64,000 nt of DNA from contig CBDBPB010000003.1 of assembly GCA_965208615.1 (NCBI GenBank), positions 1 through 64,000 of the forward strand. The letters are read 5' to 3'. The position numbers and the translations under genes were made by a program. Positions 9,839 to 18,853 of this stretch are shown here, piece by piece (within the stretch, counting starts at the first letter, position 1; every line of letters starts with the position of its first letter). Below the pieces are notes generated by a model that was not told the origin of the DNA, ran no database searches, and saw nothing but the letters and a program-made list of their open reading frames with translations. The stretch is from Spirochaetota bacterium (GTDB lineage Bacteria; Spirochaetota; UBA6919; CBDBPB01).

Positions 9839-10261
9839 TTATGACACAAGTTTTAATATTGTGTTTATTGCCTTCTCATCCGCTTGCTGTTCCTCTTCTT
9901 TATAGTGTAAGAAAAGCTTTACAATTTGCTCAGCCTTTTTCTTGGGGTCAATCTTAGCGTTTAGCTTGATACACGCCTTCTCAGAAAGATATATAATCTC
10001 AGTTAATAAGTTAATATCGCCTTTTTTTATTTCTTCTGATTCAGCCTCTTCTAAAAACATATTGCCTTTTCCGGATAATAGCCAAGTTGGATTAATTTTA
10101 TAAACTTCCATTAATCGAGCAATTTGTCCAGAATTAAGTTCTTGTATCCCGTTTTCTAACCGGCTTAAGCTATTTCGCTTAACATATAAAGTGTTAGACA
10201 TTTCAGCTTGGGTTATTTTAAGGACATCTTTTCTTATTTTTCTTAATCTTTGTCCAATCAA
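9839..10261 (-). CDS. XRE-family HTH phage repressor
   Basis: IGQRLRKIRK..ITQAEM...LSRLENG...INPTWLLSGKGNMF. Confidence 0.9.
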   Translation of the reverse strand: MIGQRLRKIRKDVLKITQAEMSNTLYVKRNSLSRLENGIQELNSGQIARLMEVYKINPTWLLSGKGNMFLEEAESEEIKKGDINLLTEIIYLSEKACIKLNAKIDPKKKAEQIVKLFLHYKEEEQQADEKAINTILKLVS

Positions 10262-10286
10262 TTTGCATTCTCGTTAAAAATACCTG

Positions 10287-10345
10287 TTTTATGGATTTTT
10301 TTTGACGAATCACTTGACTTTTGACCATAAAATGGCTATTTTATA
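10287..10345. promoter_or_regulatory. Divergent repressor/Cro switch region
   Basis: Lies between two divergent HTH genes; three TTGAC repeats; inverted pair TTTTATGG / CCATAAAA and palindromic CCATAAAATGG. Confidence 0.45.
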
Positions 10346-10430
10346 TTTGTAACGTCTCATTATGTAATTTAACTCAAGATGAATTAACTTACAACTTTTA
10401 TTAATAAAAAAATTATAAAAGGAGTTATTA

Positions 10431-10634
10431 ATGTCTGTAAACAATATTCAAGACTCTAAAGCAAAAAAAAGAAAAAAATACTGTAAAATAGTACTAGTAC
10501 AAAAAGGAATAACTCAAGAACAAGCCGCTGAACTTTTGGGAATTACTCGTAGATCCGTTAACTCTTATGTAAACGGTAAATTAAACTCTAAAAAACTTGA
10601 CTCCTGGTTCGGCTGGGAGAATGGCAATGTTTAA
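10431..10634 (+). CDS. Small Cro/Ner-like HTH regulator
   Basis: GITQEQAAELLGITRRSVNSYVNG; RBS AAGGAG; divergent from the repressor. Confidence 0.85.
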   Translation: MSVNNIQDSKAKKRKKYCKIVLVQKGITQEQAAELLGITRRSVNSYVNGKLNSKKLDSWFGWENGNV

Positions 10635-10640
10635 ATATTA

Positions 10641-10829
10641 ATGAAGTATTTTGAGCCTATACCATCATCAGAACTGCCTAAGCTAACAAAACATGAACGA
10701 GATTATATAATTGGAGTGATAAATAAATACCATCACATGGATGATGATGAAAAAAATAAGCTTTATAAAACTTTAAAAGCTGTTGTCCTAAAGGATAAAT
10801 GGCTAAGACAAAACAGGGAGAAAAAATGA
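10641..10829 (+). CDS. Hypothetical phage early protein
   Basis: 62-aa ORF tightly packed in the operon; its stop overlaps the next start (ATGA). Confidence 0.6.
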   Translation: MKYFEPIPSSELPKLTKHERDYIIGVINKYHHMDDDEKNKLYKTLKAVVLKDKWLRQNREKK

Positions 10830-11833
10830 AAACATTATGGAGATATTTACTAATAACAATTTTAATAGCTGTAATAATTTTAATATTTCTCATTCAAAAA
10901 GAACTATTTATCCAAGAAATGAACTCCGTATCCTTAGGCATATCCACTTTAGCGGCCGTCCTAATATTAGAAATAATAAGCCATGTGTTTTTGTTCAAGT
11001 CAAACAAAAGATTAGCAAAAACCGTGTTTGGTACAATATCAGCCGTGCTAATTGCCTTTGCCAGCTTTGCTAACTTCGCTGTTATGACAAGCCTATCCCT
11101 TAACAAAAACAAAGAAATCCAAACCATCACCATAAACAATAACGCTAAATATCAAAACTCATACAAAAATAAAGAGTTAATATCAAAAAGAATGGGCAGT
11201 ATAGAACAACAAATAAAAGCTAAATATCAAACTATAAATAAAATACAAAGTACTGATTCAAGATGGATGATCCATAGACTGAATAACGATATTAAGAACT
11301 TAAATCAAACTTGGACAAAGGAACAGGCTAAGCTATCCAATCTAAAACCTATAGCACTAAAAACCAAAAAAGAAACCATATTGGCCTCCTTAGACCAGCG
11401 AACTGGTATTCCAGCAACTGTTGTAAGCATGTTTAATAAAGCTTTTATATCCATTTTACTAAGTATAATTCCATTATCGTTTTGTTATTTGCTTGTCTCT
11501 CTTCCTGTAACAAAAATAACCCCCTTCGATAAAAATAAAGCCAATAACCTCCATAATGTAAACAGGAAAGGGGGACAAGCAGTTTTTTCTAGCGAGCCTA
11601 AACAAACATCCAAACCGCTAGAACAAAGCAGTAATCAAACAGTTGACTATATATCAGACTGCCTAAGCAAGCTAAACATAAATAGAAAAGAGCTGTCTGA
11701 TAAGTTAAAAATTACTACTGGGTATCTAAAAAAAATAGAGAGGTCAAATGACGTCCCACTTTGGGTACAAAGCAAACTGACAAGTCTAATCAACCATCAA
11801 GGAGGAAGTTATGAACGAATTAGCTACAACTGA
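10826..11833 (+). CDS. Membrane protein (3 TM + coiled coil + TM) with C-terminal HTH
   Basis: Hydrophobic segments; C-terminal LNINRKELSDKLKITTGYLKKIE HTH-like motif; start MKTLW follows GGGAG. Confidence 0.7.
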   Translation: MKTLWRYLLITILIAVIILIFLIQKELFIQEMNSVSLGISTLAAVLILEIISHVFLFKSNKRLAKTVFGTISAVLIAFASFANFAVMTSLSLNKNKEIQTITINNNAKYQNSYKNKELISKRMGSIEQQIKAKYQTINKIQSTDSRWMIHRLNNDIKNLNQTWTKEQAKLSNLKPIALKTKKETILASLDQRTGIPATVVSMFNKAFISILLSIIPLSFCYLLVSLPVTKITPFDKNKANNLHNVNRKGGQAVFSSEPKQTSKPLEQSSNQTVDYISDCLSKLNINRKELSDKLKITTGYLKKIERSNDVPLWVQSKLTSLINHQGGSYERISYN

Positions 11834-12557
11834 TATTATAACTGATGAGTTAACTGACGGACTTATTTTTGATCCTGACAGAACAGCGGGAATCGTAAAA
11901 GAACTTCATGCAAACACCCTTCTGAACATAATTGAACTAGGAAGACATTTAATTCTAGCTAAAGAACGACTTGATCATGGAGAATTTGGTTTATGGATAA
12001 AAGAGTCTTGCGGCTTTTCCTATAGCTCTGCACGTAGTTATATGCAAATAGCAAAAAGATACTACCCTTATAAAAATGAGATAATTGATATGAAGGCTTT
12101 TGCTTTCAAAGCCGTTGCCAAACTTCCTGATGATCTTTTTGATGAAGCAATGAAAACTGGAAAACTGGAAGGAAAAGATGTAAACGAACTCTCAAAAAGA
12201 GATGTGCTAAATATGGCTGAAAAAGCTAAGGCAGGCGAAGAGATTGAAAAACGAAAAAGAATAGAAAAAGAAAAACAAATTGAACTCGGCAAAGTCCAGC
12301 TTACTGAAAAAGATAAAGAAATCGAAAAGCTTGAAGATCAAATAGAAGACCTGAAAAATCCTAACAAGCTTTGTATAGAGAATCTTAAAAAAGCCCAAGA
12401 CCTCATAAACGAAGCTGTTTTCAGCATACAAAAAGCAAGCATAATAAATATAGAACAAAGACAGGCTACTGATTTGCTGTCAAGTCTTGTAACAACTATA
12501 AAAAGCGTCCAGACTGCATGGGGAGTCAGATGGGACGACAGGCTTATTAGGAGATAA
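11811..12557 (+). CDS. DUF3102-domain protein
   Basis: IIELGRHLILAKERLDHGEFGLWI...SARSYMQIA; RBS GGAGG; typically found just upstream of Mu-like transposases. Confidence 0.85.
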   Translation: MNELATTDIITDELTDGLIFDPDRTAGIVKELHANTLLNIIELGRHLILAKERLDHGEFGLWIKESCGFSYSSARSYMQIAKRYYPYKNEIIDMKAFAFKAVAKLPDDLFDEAMKTGKLEGKDVNELSKRDVLNMAEKAKAGEEIEKRKRIEKEKQIELGKVQLTEKDKEIEKLEDQIEDLKNPNKLCIENLKKAQDLINEAVFSIQKASIINIEQRQATDLLSSLVTTIKSVQTAWGVRWDDRLIRR

Positions 12558-12558
12558 C

Positions 12559-14157
12559 ATGCCACGGTTGACTAATTCTGAATGGGAAGACATAATAGAC
12601 ATACTAACCACGCAAGGCCTAAGCCTTATACCAGAACTTGCTAAAAAATATGGCGTTACCCCTCAATCCGTAAACAGACAACTTAGAAAATATGGATACA
12701 GACGTAGGAATAAGCGATCAGATAAGGGAGAAAAAATACTGCCAGAAAACGTATACCACAAGCTTGTCCTTTTAGTCAATACCTATAAGCGCCCAGCAGA
12801 AGAGGCAATCAAAGACCTTATAATAGACGGCACCATAAAAGGAGAAATTGAAAATGGACAGCTGATAAAGTCTCCAATTCATCCATCCACACTAAGAAGA
12901 TGGCTAAGGGATGATGAGCTTGGCAGAAAGTCTAAACTTAAAAAAGCAAGCCTCAGACTAACTACAAGTTACCCTTTAGAAGTTCTACAGTGGGATTCCA
13001 CAAGGGCTACTCAGTGGTATGTCAGCCATGAAAAAAATAACGACTCTGTTGTTAAGTATATTAGTCCAATGTCTGAGAATAAGAATAGGTCTAATAAAAA
13101 GACTAAACTTGTGTTCATGGCATTCCAGGATATGTTCAGTAGGAAGGTCTGGTTTAAGGTGGATACTCATGAGTCCACCCAAACTTGGTTACAGCAGTTT
13201 TATGAGGTAACTAGCAAAACAGGACTGCCAAAGTATATTTATACTGATAATGCCTCTATGTTCCACAGAAGCGGAGTTGTCAATAAAACCTTAAAAGAGT
13301 TGAATGTTGAGCTTCTAACCCATATACCTGGCAACCCCCAAGCAAAGGGCATGATTGAAAGGTCTATACAGTTTTTGGAGAAAAGATCGAGCATAACCCG
13401 CATTGAGAAAATCACTACCCTAAAACAGTATAACCAAATGGTAAATGCAATAGCTAATGAATATAACAGCAGGACTCACTCAGTAACAGATATGGCTCCA
13501 AATACATTATTTTACAGCCATCTACAGCATCTAACAGTTGTGATGCCTCCTGATTACAAAAGCTTTATGAGCCTTTGTCCTAAATGGGACTCAAGGCTTT
13601 TGATGCCCAACTTTACCATTAAGTGGAATGGTAAAACATATCAAGCCAAAACTTATAGGAATATTTTGTCAAACAGCATAGGCAAAAAAGTAAAAGTAGA
13701 AGAGGATATTAGGGATAGAGACAAGATTAACATTATTGCGGAAGGAAAAGAAATTAAGGCTCTTAATATTGATATTTATGGAGAGGATATAATACCTTTT
13801 GGAGCTTTTAAACAAATGCCGGAAAGCAAAAAGGATAAGCTTAAGAAAGAACTTGAAAGCTATAAAAACGTTACCACAGGTAGTTATACAACCAGAATCG
13901 AGATGGTATCAGGGCTGGAAAAAGTAAGCAAAAAGCAATACGAAAAACCAAATGTAGTAAACTTTAACATTAAAAGAAATATCAATCAGACTGCCCATGA
14001 CTTTGAGTCAGCGTGTATATACTTAGCAAGCAATGATATAAAAGTAACCACTGCTGTTGAGCTGACTCTTGAGAACCTCTTTGGTGATAGAAATAAAATA
14101 TATGAAAGTGAACTTAACTCTCTAATTAGAAAAGTTAAAGAGGCTGACTCAGCCTAA
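12559..14157 (+). CDS. MuA-like DDE transposase
   Basis: N-terminal HTH; catalytic LQWDST, IYTDNAS and PGNPQAKGMIERS; YNSRTHS; beta-rich C-terminal domain. Confidence 0.9.
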   Translation: MPRLTNSEWEDIIDILTTQGLSLIPELAKKYGVTPQSVNRQLRKYGYRRRNKRSDKGEKILPENVYHKLVLLVNTYKRPAEEAIKDLIIDGTIKGEIENGQLIKSPIHPSTLRRWLRDDELGRKSKLKKASLRLTTSYPLEVLQWDSTRATQWYVSHEKNNDSVVKYISPMSENKNRSNKKTKLVFMAFQDMFSRKVWFKVDTHESTQTWLQQFYEVTSKTGLPKYIYTDNASMFHRSGVVNKTLKELNVELLTHIPGNPQAKGMIERSIQFLEKRSSITRIEKITTLKQYNQMVNAIANEYNSRTHSVTDMAPNTLFYSHLQHLTVVMPPDYKSFMSLCPKWDSRLLMPNFTIKWNGKTYQAKTYRNILSNSIGKKVKVEEDIRDRDKINIIAEGKEIKALNIDIYGEDIIPFGAFKQMPESKKDKLKKELESYKNVTTGSYTTRIEMVSGLEKVSKKQYEKPNVVNFNIKRNINQTAHDFESACIYLASNDIKVTTAVELTLENLFGDRNKIYESELNSLIRKVKEADSA

Positions 14158-14175
14158 CAAATAAGGAGCGCTACT

Positions 14176-15024
14176 ATGATTACCAAAATGAAAGAAAGAG
14201 CTGTTCCAAAACTAAAAAAAGGAACTGAAGATAGCATTAACAAACTTATTGATAACATTAGTATTATCAACAAAATAGAAAATGAAAAGGATATATTTTT
14301 ATCTGAAGGCTTTAGACTTGCATTCGCCTTTATATTCAACGCAATTAAGAATAAGAAGTTCATTGCTATAACCGGTGAGACAGGCTCTGGCAAGACATAC
14401 CTCGTTAGATATTTGGCTGACTTTTATAAAAATGACAGTTCAACAATAATATGCAATATAGAAAATCATGAGTTTATCAAAGTAGGACTAAGACAAATAT
14501 ACGAAGCTCTTTTATTTGACATTCAGCCTGGCACAAAGACAACAAGATCAAATGAGGCCTTTATAAGACAGGTAAAGCATATACTAACTTCTTTGGTTAA
14601 AGAGAATAAGAAGGCCGTCCTTATTGTGGATGAGGCTCACAGAATGAACAAGGATAATCTGTTTTCCTTAAAAAGCATTTGGGAGAGTACTTATGGCTTT
14701 AGCAGGCTTATTAGTATAGTGCTGATAGGACAGAACAAGCTATCCACATTGTTGAATGAGCCTAATAACAAAGAAATCAACAATAGAATAGAATGTCTAT
14801 CAATAGCCAGCATTGCAACCCCTGATGAGTGCAGAGAGTATATAAAACATATTGCAAAGACTAATAAACTTAATATCAGTTGTATTGACAATTCCGCCTT
14901 TGAAGAGATAGCCAAACGCCAATCATCCTTTTTGGAGATAAACAAACTTTTAAAAGAAGGTTTAATTATAGCCAAAAATGCTGGGTCTAATATTTTGACT
15001 AATAAACATTTTAAACACATCTAA
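14176..15024 (+). CDS. MuB/ExeA-like AAA+ transposition ATPase
   Basis: Walker A GETGSGKT, Walker B LIVDEAH, IVLIGQ; directly after the transposase. Confidence 0.9.
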   Translation: MITKMKERAVPKLKKGTEDSINKLIDNISIINKIENEKDIFLSEGFRLAFAFIFNAIKNKKFIAITGETGSGKTYLVRYLADFYKNDSSTIICNIENHEFIKVGLRQIYEALLFDIQPGTKTTRSNEAFIRQVKHILTSLVKENKKAVLIVDEAHRMNKDNLFSLKSIWESTYGFSRLISIVLIGQNKLSTLLNEPNNKEINNRIECLSIASIATPDECREYIKHIAKTNKLNISCIDNSAFEEIAKRQSSFLEINKLLKEGLIIAKNAGSNILTNKHFKHI

Positions 15025-15040
15025 AAACAAGGAGAGTAAA

Positions 15041-15424
15041 ATGATTTTTAACATGGAAAAAGACAAAATTAAAGAAGTTAAAAAGCTTATCAAGTGCTAC
15101 AAAGCTCTTAAGGCCATGGAAAATAGCTATAACAGCCTAAGCAAAAAGGTTATTAGCTTTATGGTTAGAGGAGAGAGCATAAATACCAACAAAGGCAGGG
15201 TAAGCCTTGCTGAGACTAAATACACACTCATTGATCCAATAACGTTAAAAGACGCTATTGAAAAGGGGACTATAACAAAAGAGAACGCCTCCAGCTGGAT
15301 AAGTGAGAGATATACCCTAACCAAAAAAGGTAAGGAAGCTCTAAAAGGTAATGTAAGGGCTCTGGTTGACATAACTAACACATCCACAAGCGAAAGGCTA
15401 TATGTAAAAGCAAATGACAAATAG
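15041..15424 (+). CDS. Hypothetical phage early protein
   Basis: RBS AGGAG; in operon between the ATPase and GemA-like genes. Confidence 0.7.
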   Translation: MIFNMEKDKIKEVKKLIKCYKALKAMENSYNSLSKKVISFMVRGESINTNKGRVSLAETKYTLIDPITLKDAIEKGTITKENASSWISERYTLTKKGKEALKGNVRALVDITNTSTSERLYVKANDK

Positions 15425-15821
15425 TATTAGCAATAGACAAATAGCTAAAATATGGGCTTGCACAAATGAAGTTAGGCTACCCAAAGAGGCTTTATACGAG
15501 ATAATCTATGGTCTTTGTGGAAAGCAGTCAATAAGACAATTGACAAGGCAGGAGGCTTACAAGATTATAGAGACATTAATATCAAAATATAACGCCTCAA
15601 AGGGTAGATATAGAAATACTAAGCCACCCCCAAACTCAAAAGGGAATATAATTTCCCTTATGAGTCCAGGTCAAAAAAGGAAAATATTAAAACTATGCTA
15701 TCAACTAAAATGGGATGAAGAAGAACTTAATAACTTCTCTAATAAAATTGTTAAAAAGCCCTATGATAAATTATCTAAGGAACAAGCATCCATATTGATT
15801 GAGGCTCTAAAGGCTGTTTAA
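15414..15821 (+). CDS. GemA-like (DUF1018) Mu-type regulatory protein
   Basis: RQIAKIW...GKQSIRQLTRQEAYKIIETL...QKRKILKL..W...QASILIEALKA pattern. Confidence 0.8.
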   Translation: MTNSISNRQIAKIWACTNEVRLPKEALYEIIYGLCGKQSIRQLTRQEAYKIIETLISKYNASKGRYRNTKPPPNSKGNIISLMSPGQKRKILKLCYQLKWDEEELNNFSNKIVKKPYDKLSKEQASILIEALKAV

Positions 15822-16072
15822 AATCAACCAACTAATAACTATGTTATACGTCTTATAAGCATTAACAATAGACTTTTGTCTCTTCACTATAATCAGCATT
15901 AATACCCCCTATCATCTTTTATAGCTTATAAAAAGCTGTAAACCTTTAATTATCTCGTTTACTTTTGATAAAATAAAAATTATTTTTGTTTTTCAGCAAT
16001 TGACCGATAAGTCCATATAGTAAATTGTTTGAATATTATCCTTCATAATGTTAAATATATATAGGGGTACAA

Positions 16073-18130
16073 ATGAAATATAAAGTAATAGTTGGTATAA
16101 TATTAGCTTTTTTAGTTACTAATATAGTTATAGCTATTACTGAGAACCAAAAACGTCTTACGGCAGAACGTTTATTTAAAGAAGGTGTTTATTATTTTAA
16201 TCAGAGAGAATATATAGCGGCATCGAGTAAGTTTACTTCTGCTCTATCAAGCGATGTAACATATTATAAAGGTAAATATTGGTTAGGCAAGGCATATTAT
16301 CACAGTGGATATATTCAAAATGCTATTATAGAGTGGGAAAGGGCATTAAATGCTGTTGGAGAAGACCATTTATTACAAAACAAAATAACAAGACTATTAA
16401 GGGCTATGGTTGATCCTGCAAAGCCTAAAGTTGATGCAAATGAGTTTTTACCTACAAAAGGGTTTTCAGCATCAAGTGTTATTGGTTTACAGGCTCCTAT
16501 ATCTATTGTGGCAGATCGTAGTGAGTTGTATTGGGTGGTAAGTTATTTGTCAAACAGAATAGACGTTTTTGACAAAAATGGTATAAAACTACATACCATA
16601 GATCAGGGTAATAGTAAATTTAAGAATCCTTATGATTTAGCTATTGCATCTAATGGTAGTTTTTACGTATCCGACTTTGGGAATGATCTTGTTCATAAAT
16701 ACGACTCTAATAGAAAATATCTCTTTTCTATTGGCGGATCAGGTATAAATAACGGTGAGTTCTATGGACCACAAGGATTAACCTTAGATAAAAATAATAA
16801 TCTTTACGTTATTGACAGCGAAAATAATAGAATCCAAAAGTTTGATCCTGCAGGTCGATTTTTGCTATCCTTCGGTAAAAAAGGTGAGAATTATAATGAA
16901 CTTAATCAGCCATGCGATATCCTAATTATTGATAACCGTATATACGTTACAGATACTGGTAATCACCGTATACAAGTTTTTGATCATAGCGGAAACTGGA
17001 TAAAAGCTATCGGAGATAATACCTTTATTAAACCAAAGGGAATTAAAAGCCTATCCAAAAACGAGATCATTGTTGCAGATGAAAAAAAGGGAATATTAAA
17101 AGTAAATTTGTCTTCTCTTAATATTAAAACTATTATACCAATAAATAAAAAGCTTAAGTCTCCTTCTGATATAGCCATAGATAAAAATAATATTTTATAT
17201 ATTAGTGATCCATCCAAGTATGACATTTTAGCCTATGCTCCAAAGCAAATGAAGTTTAATAATTTAGACGTTAATATTTTAGAAAGTAATTCTTTAAACT
17301 TTCCAAAACTTATTTATAAAGTTAATGTCAAGGATCAGTTTGGAGAGCCTATTTATGGGTTAACCGAAAATAACTTTCAGCTTACCGAAAAAGGTATTTA
17401 TCATAAGGTTAAGGTAACTCCAGGGCATAAGATCAAAACTGGTATATCAATAGTCTTTGTAAATGAAAAGTCTAATGCTATGATAGCTCATAGGGATCAT
17501 CTAAAATTTGTATCTAAAAAAGTATTAGAATCCCTTTCCAATAAGGATAGAACTGAGGTTATTGACTTTAGTGGCGGATCTAACTCTAATAATGATCCTT
17601 TGAATGATAGTTATAAGATATCCCAACCTTTTATTAACAATGTACTATCCCCTCTAAAGGCTATATTGGAAAAAGCAAACTCCGCAAATAATGCTTTTAT
17701 CGGAAAGGCTCTTTATAAGGGGATTAGTGATGCTATGGATGATAATACATATATTTCCGCTGTTGTGATTATAACCTCTGGTAAGCTGAGTGAGAATACT
17801 TTTGATCCTTACGGATATGAAGTTTGTTTGAACTACGCTAAAAATAACGGTATTCCTATTTATGTTATATCTTTTGCTGAAAAGGATAATATTAATTATG
17901 AACTAGAGCTATTGGCTAAGTCTACAAAGGGTAGCTATTTTAATGCTTATACCTCAAATGAGATATATAAATTAAAAGAAATCATAAATAAAAATAAATT
18001 GGGTAATTATTATATTACGTATAAATCTAATTCACTTGTTGATAAAGAGTTTAAGTGGCAACAGGTAAATATTAAGGTTACTCTAAAAGATATTTTTGGA
18101 CACGACCGCTCTGGATATTTTTCTCCTTAA
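16073..18130 (+). CDS. Exported TPR + NHL beta-propeller + VWA-like protein
   Basis: Signal peptide; TPR WLGKAYYHSG; NHL repeats GEFYGPQGL..YVIDSENNRIQKFD; VWA-like C-terminus. Confidence 0.85.
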   Translation: MKYKVIVGIILAFLVTNIVIAITENQKRLTAERLFKEGVYYFNQREYIAASSKFTSALSSDVTYYKGKYWLGKAYYHSGYIQNAIIEWERALNAVGEDHLLQNKITRLLRAMVDPAKPKVDANEFLPTKGFSASSVIGLQAPISIVADRSELYWVVSYLSNRIDVFDKNGIKLHTIDQGNSKFKNPYDLAIASNGSFYVSDFGNDLVHKYDSNRKYLFSIGGSGINNGEFYGPQGLTLDKNNNLYVIDSENNRIQKFDPAGRFLLSFGKKGENYNELNQPCDILIIDNRIYVTDTGNHRIQVFDHSGNWIKAIGDNTFIKPKGIKSLSKNEIIVADEKKGILKVNLSSLNIKTIIPINKKLKSPSDIAIDKNNILYISDPSKYDILAYAPKQMKFNNLDVNILESNSLNFPKLIYKVNVKDQFGEPIYGLTENNFQLTEKGIYHKVKVTPGHKIKTGISIVFVNEKSNAMIAHRDHLKFVSKKVLESLSNKDRTEVIDFSGGSNSNNDPLNDSYKISQPFINNVLSPLKAILEKANSANNAFIGKALYKGISDAMDDNTYISAVVIITSGKLSENTFDPYGYEVCLNYAKNNGIPIYVISFAEKDNINYELELLAKSTKGSYFNAYTSNEIYKLKEIINKNKLGNYYITYKSNSLVDKEFKWQQVNIKVTLKDIFGHDRSGYFSP

Positions 18131-18179
18131 ACAAATGTATACAAATAGTTATTAATACTTATTAACATTAGAGGTAAGC

Positions 18180-18770
18180 TTGAAATTTCTTAGAAAACTA
18201 TACGATTGGGTTCTTCATTGGGCAAAAACTCCTTATGGTGTTCCTGCATTATTCATACTGGCATTTGCGGAGTCATCATTTTTTCCTATTCCTCCGGATG
18301 TATTGCTAATAGCTTTGGCATTATCTATTAGTACTAAAGCTTTTTATTATGCTTTTATTTGTTCTATTGCATCCATAATTGGCGGTATTGCTGGATATGG
18401 GATTGGTTGGGGTTTATGGGAGATAGTAAAATCCAGTTTTTTTACTTATATACCTGGTTTTTCACAAAGTGAGTTTGACTATGTTAAGGCTTTATATGAT
18501 GAATACAACTTTTGGATAGTTTTTGCAGCTGGATTCTCTCCAATACCTTATAAGGTAATTACTATAGCCGCTGGAGCTTTTAATATAAACTTCTATATAT
18601 TTGTTATAGCTTCTGCTATTAGTAGGAGTGCAAGATTCTTTTTAGTTGCAGGACTCATATATAAATTTGGAGAACAAATAAAAGAATTCATTGATAGATA
18701 TTTTAATTGGCTTAGTTTAGCATTCATTATTTTGTTAGTGGGATTTTATTTCATATTTAAGTTAATATAG
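18180..18770 (+). CDS. DedA/YqaA-family membrane protein
   Basis: AFAESSFFPIPPDVLL; FSPIPYKVITIAAG. Confidence 0.92.
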   Translation: MKFLRKLYDWVLHWAKTPYGVPALFILAFAESSFFPIPPDVLLIALALSISTKAFYYAFICSIASIIGGIAGYGIGWGLWEIVKSSFFTYIPGFSQSEFDYVKALYDEYNFWIVFAAGFSPIPYKVITIAAGAFNINFYIFVIASAISRSARFFLVAGLIYKFGEQIKEFIDRYFNWLSLAFIILLVGFYFIFKLI

Positions 18771-18853
18771 TCAACTTAAAAAGCTAAGGGATTAATAATC
18801 CCATAATAAACTTGATATAGATTACCTTATACCAGCTTTATTGGAGAACAAAT

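Larger units (their letters stand above)
9839..15821. mobile_element. Mu-like transposable-phage early module (repressor, Ner/Cro, DUF3102, DDE transposase, AAA ATPase, GemA) without structural genes
   Basis: Gene order and motifs match Mu-like early operons; flanked by host genes; exact ends not identified. Confidence 0.85.

Noticed and set aside
9758-16072. Defined Mu ends or target-site duplication; Tn7/CAST identity
   Set aside because: No convincing TG...CA termini or 5-bp duplication by eye. There is no TniQ/TnsA or Cas gene, while DUF3102 and GemA point to a Mu-like origin.
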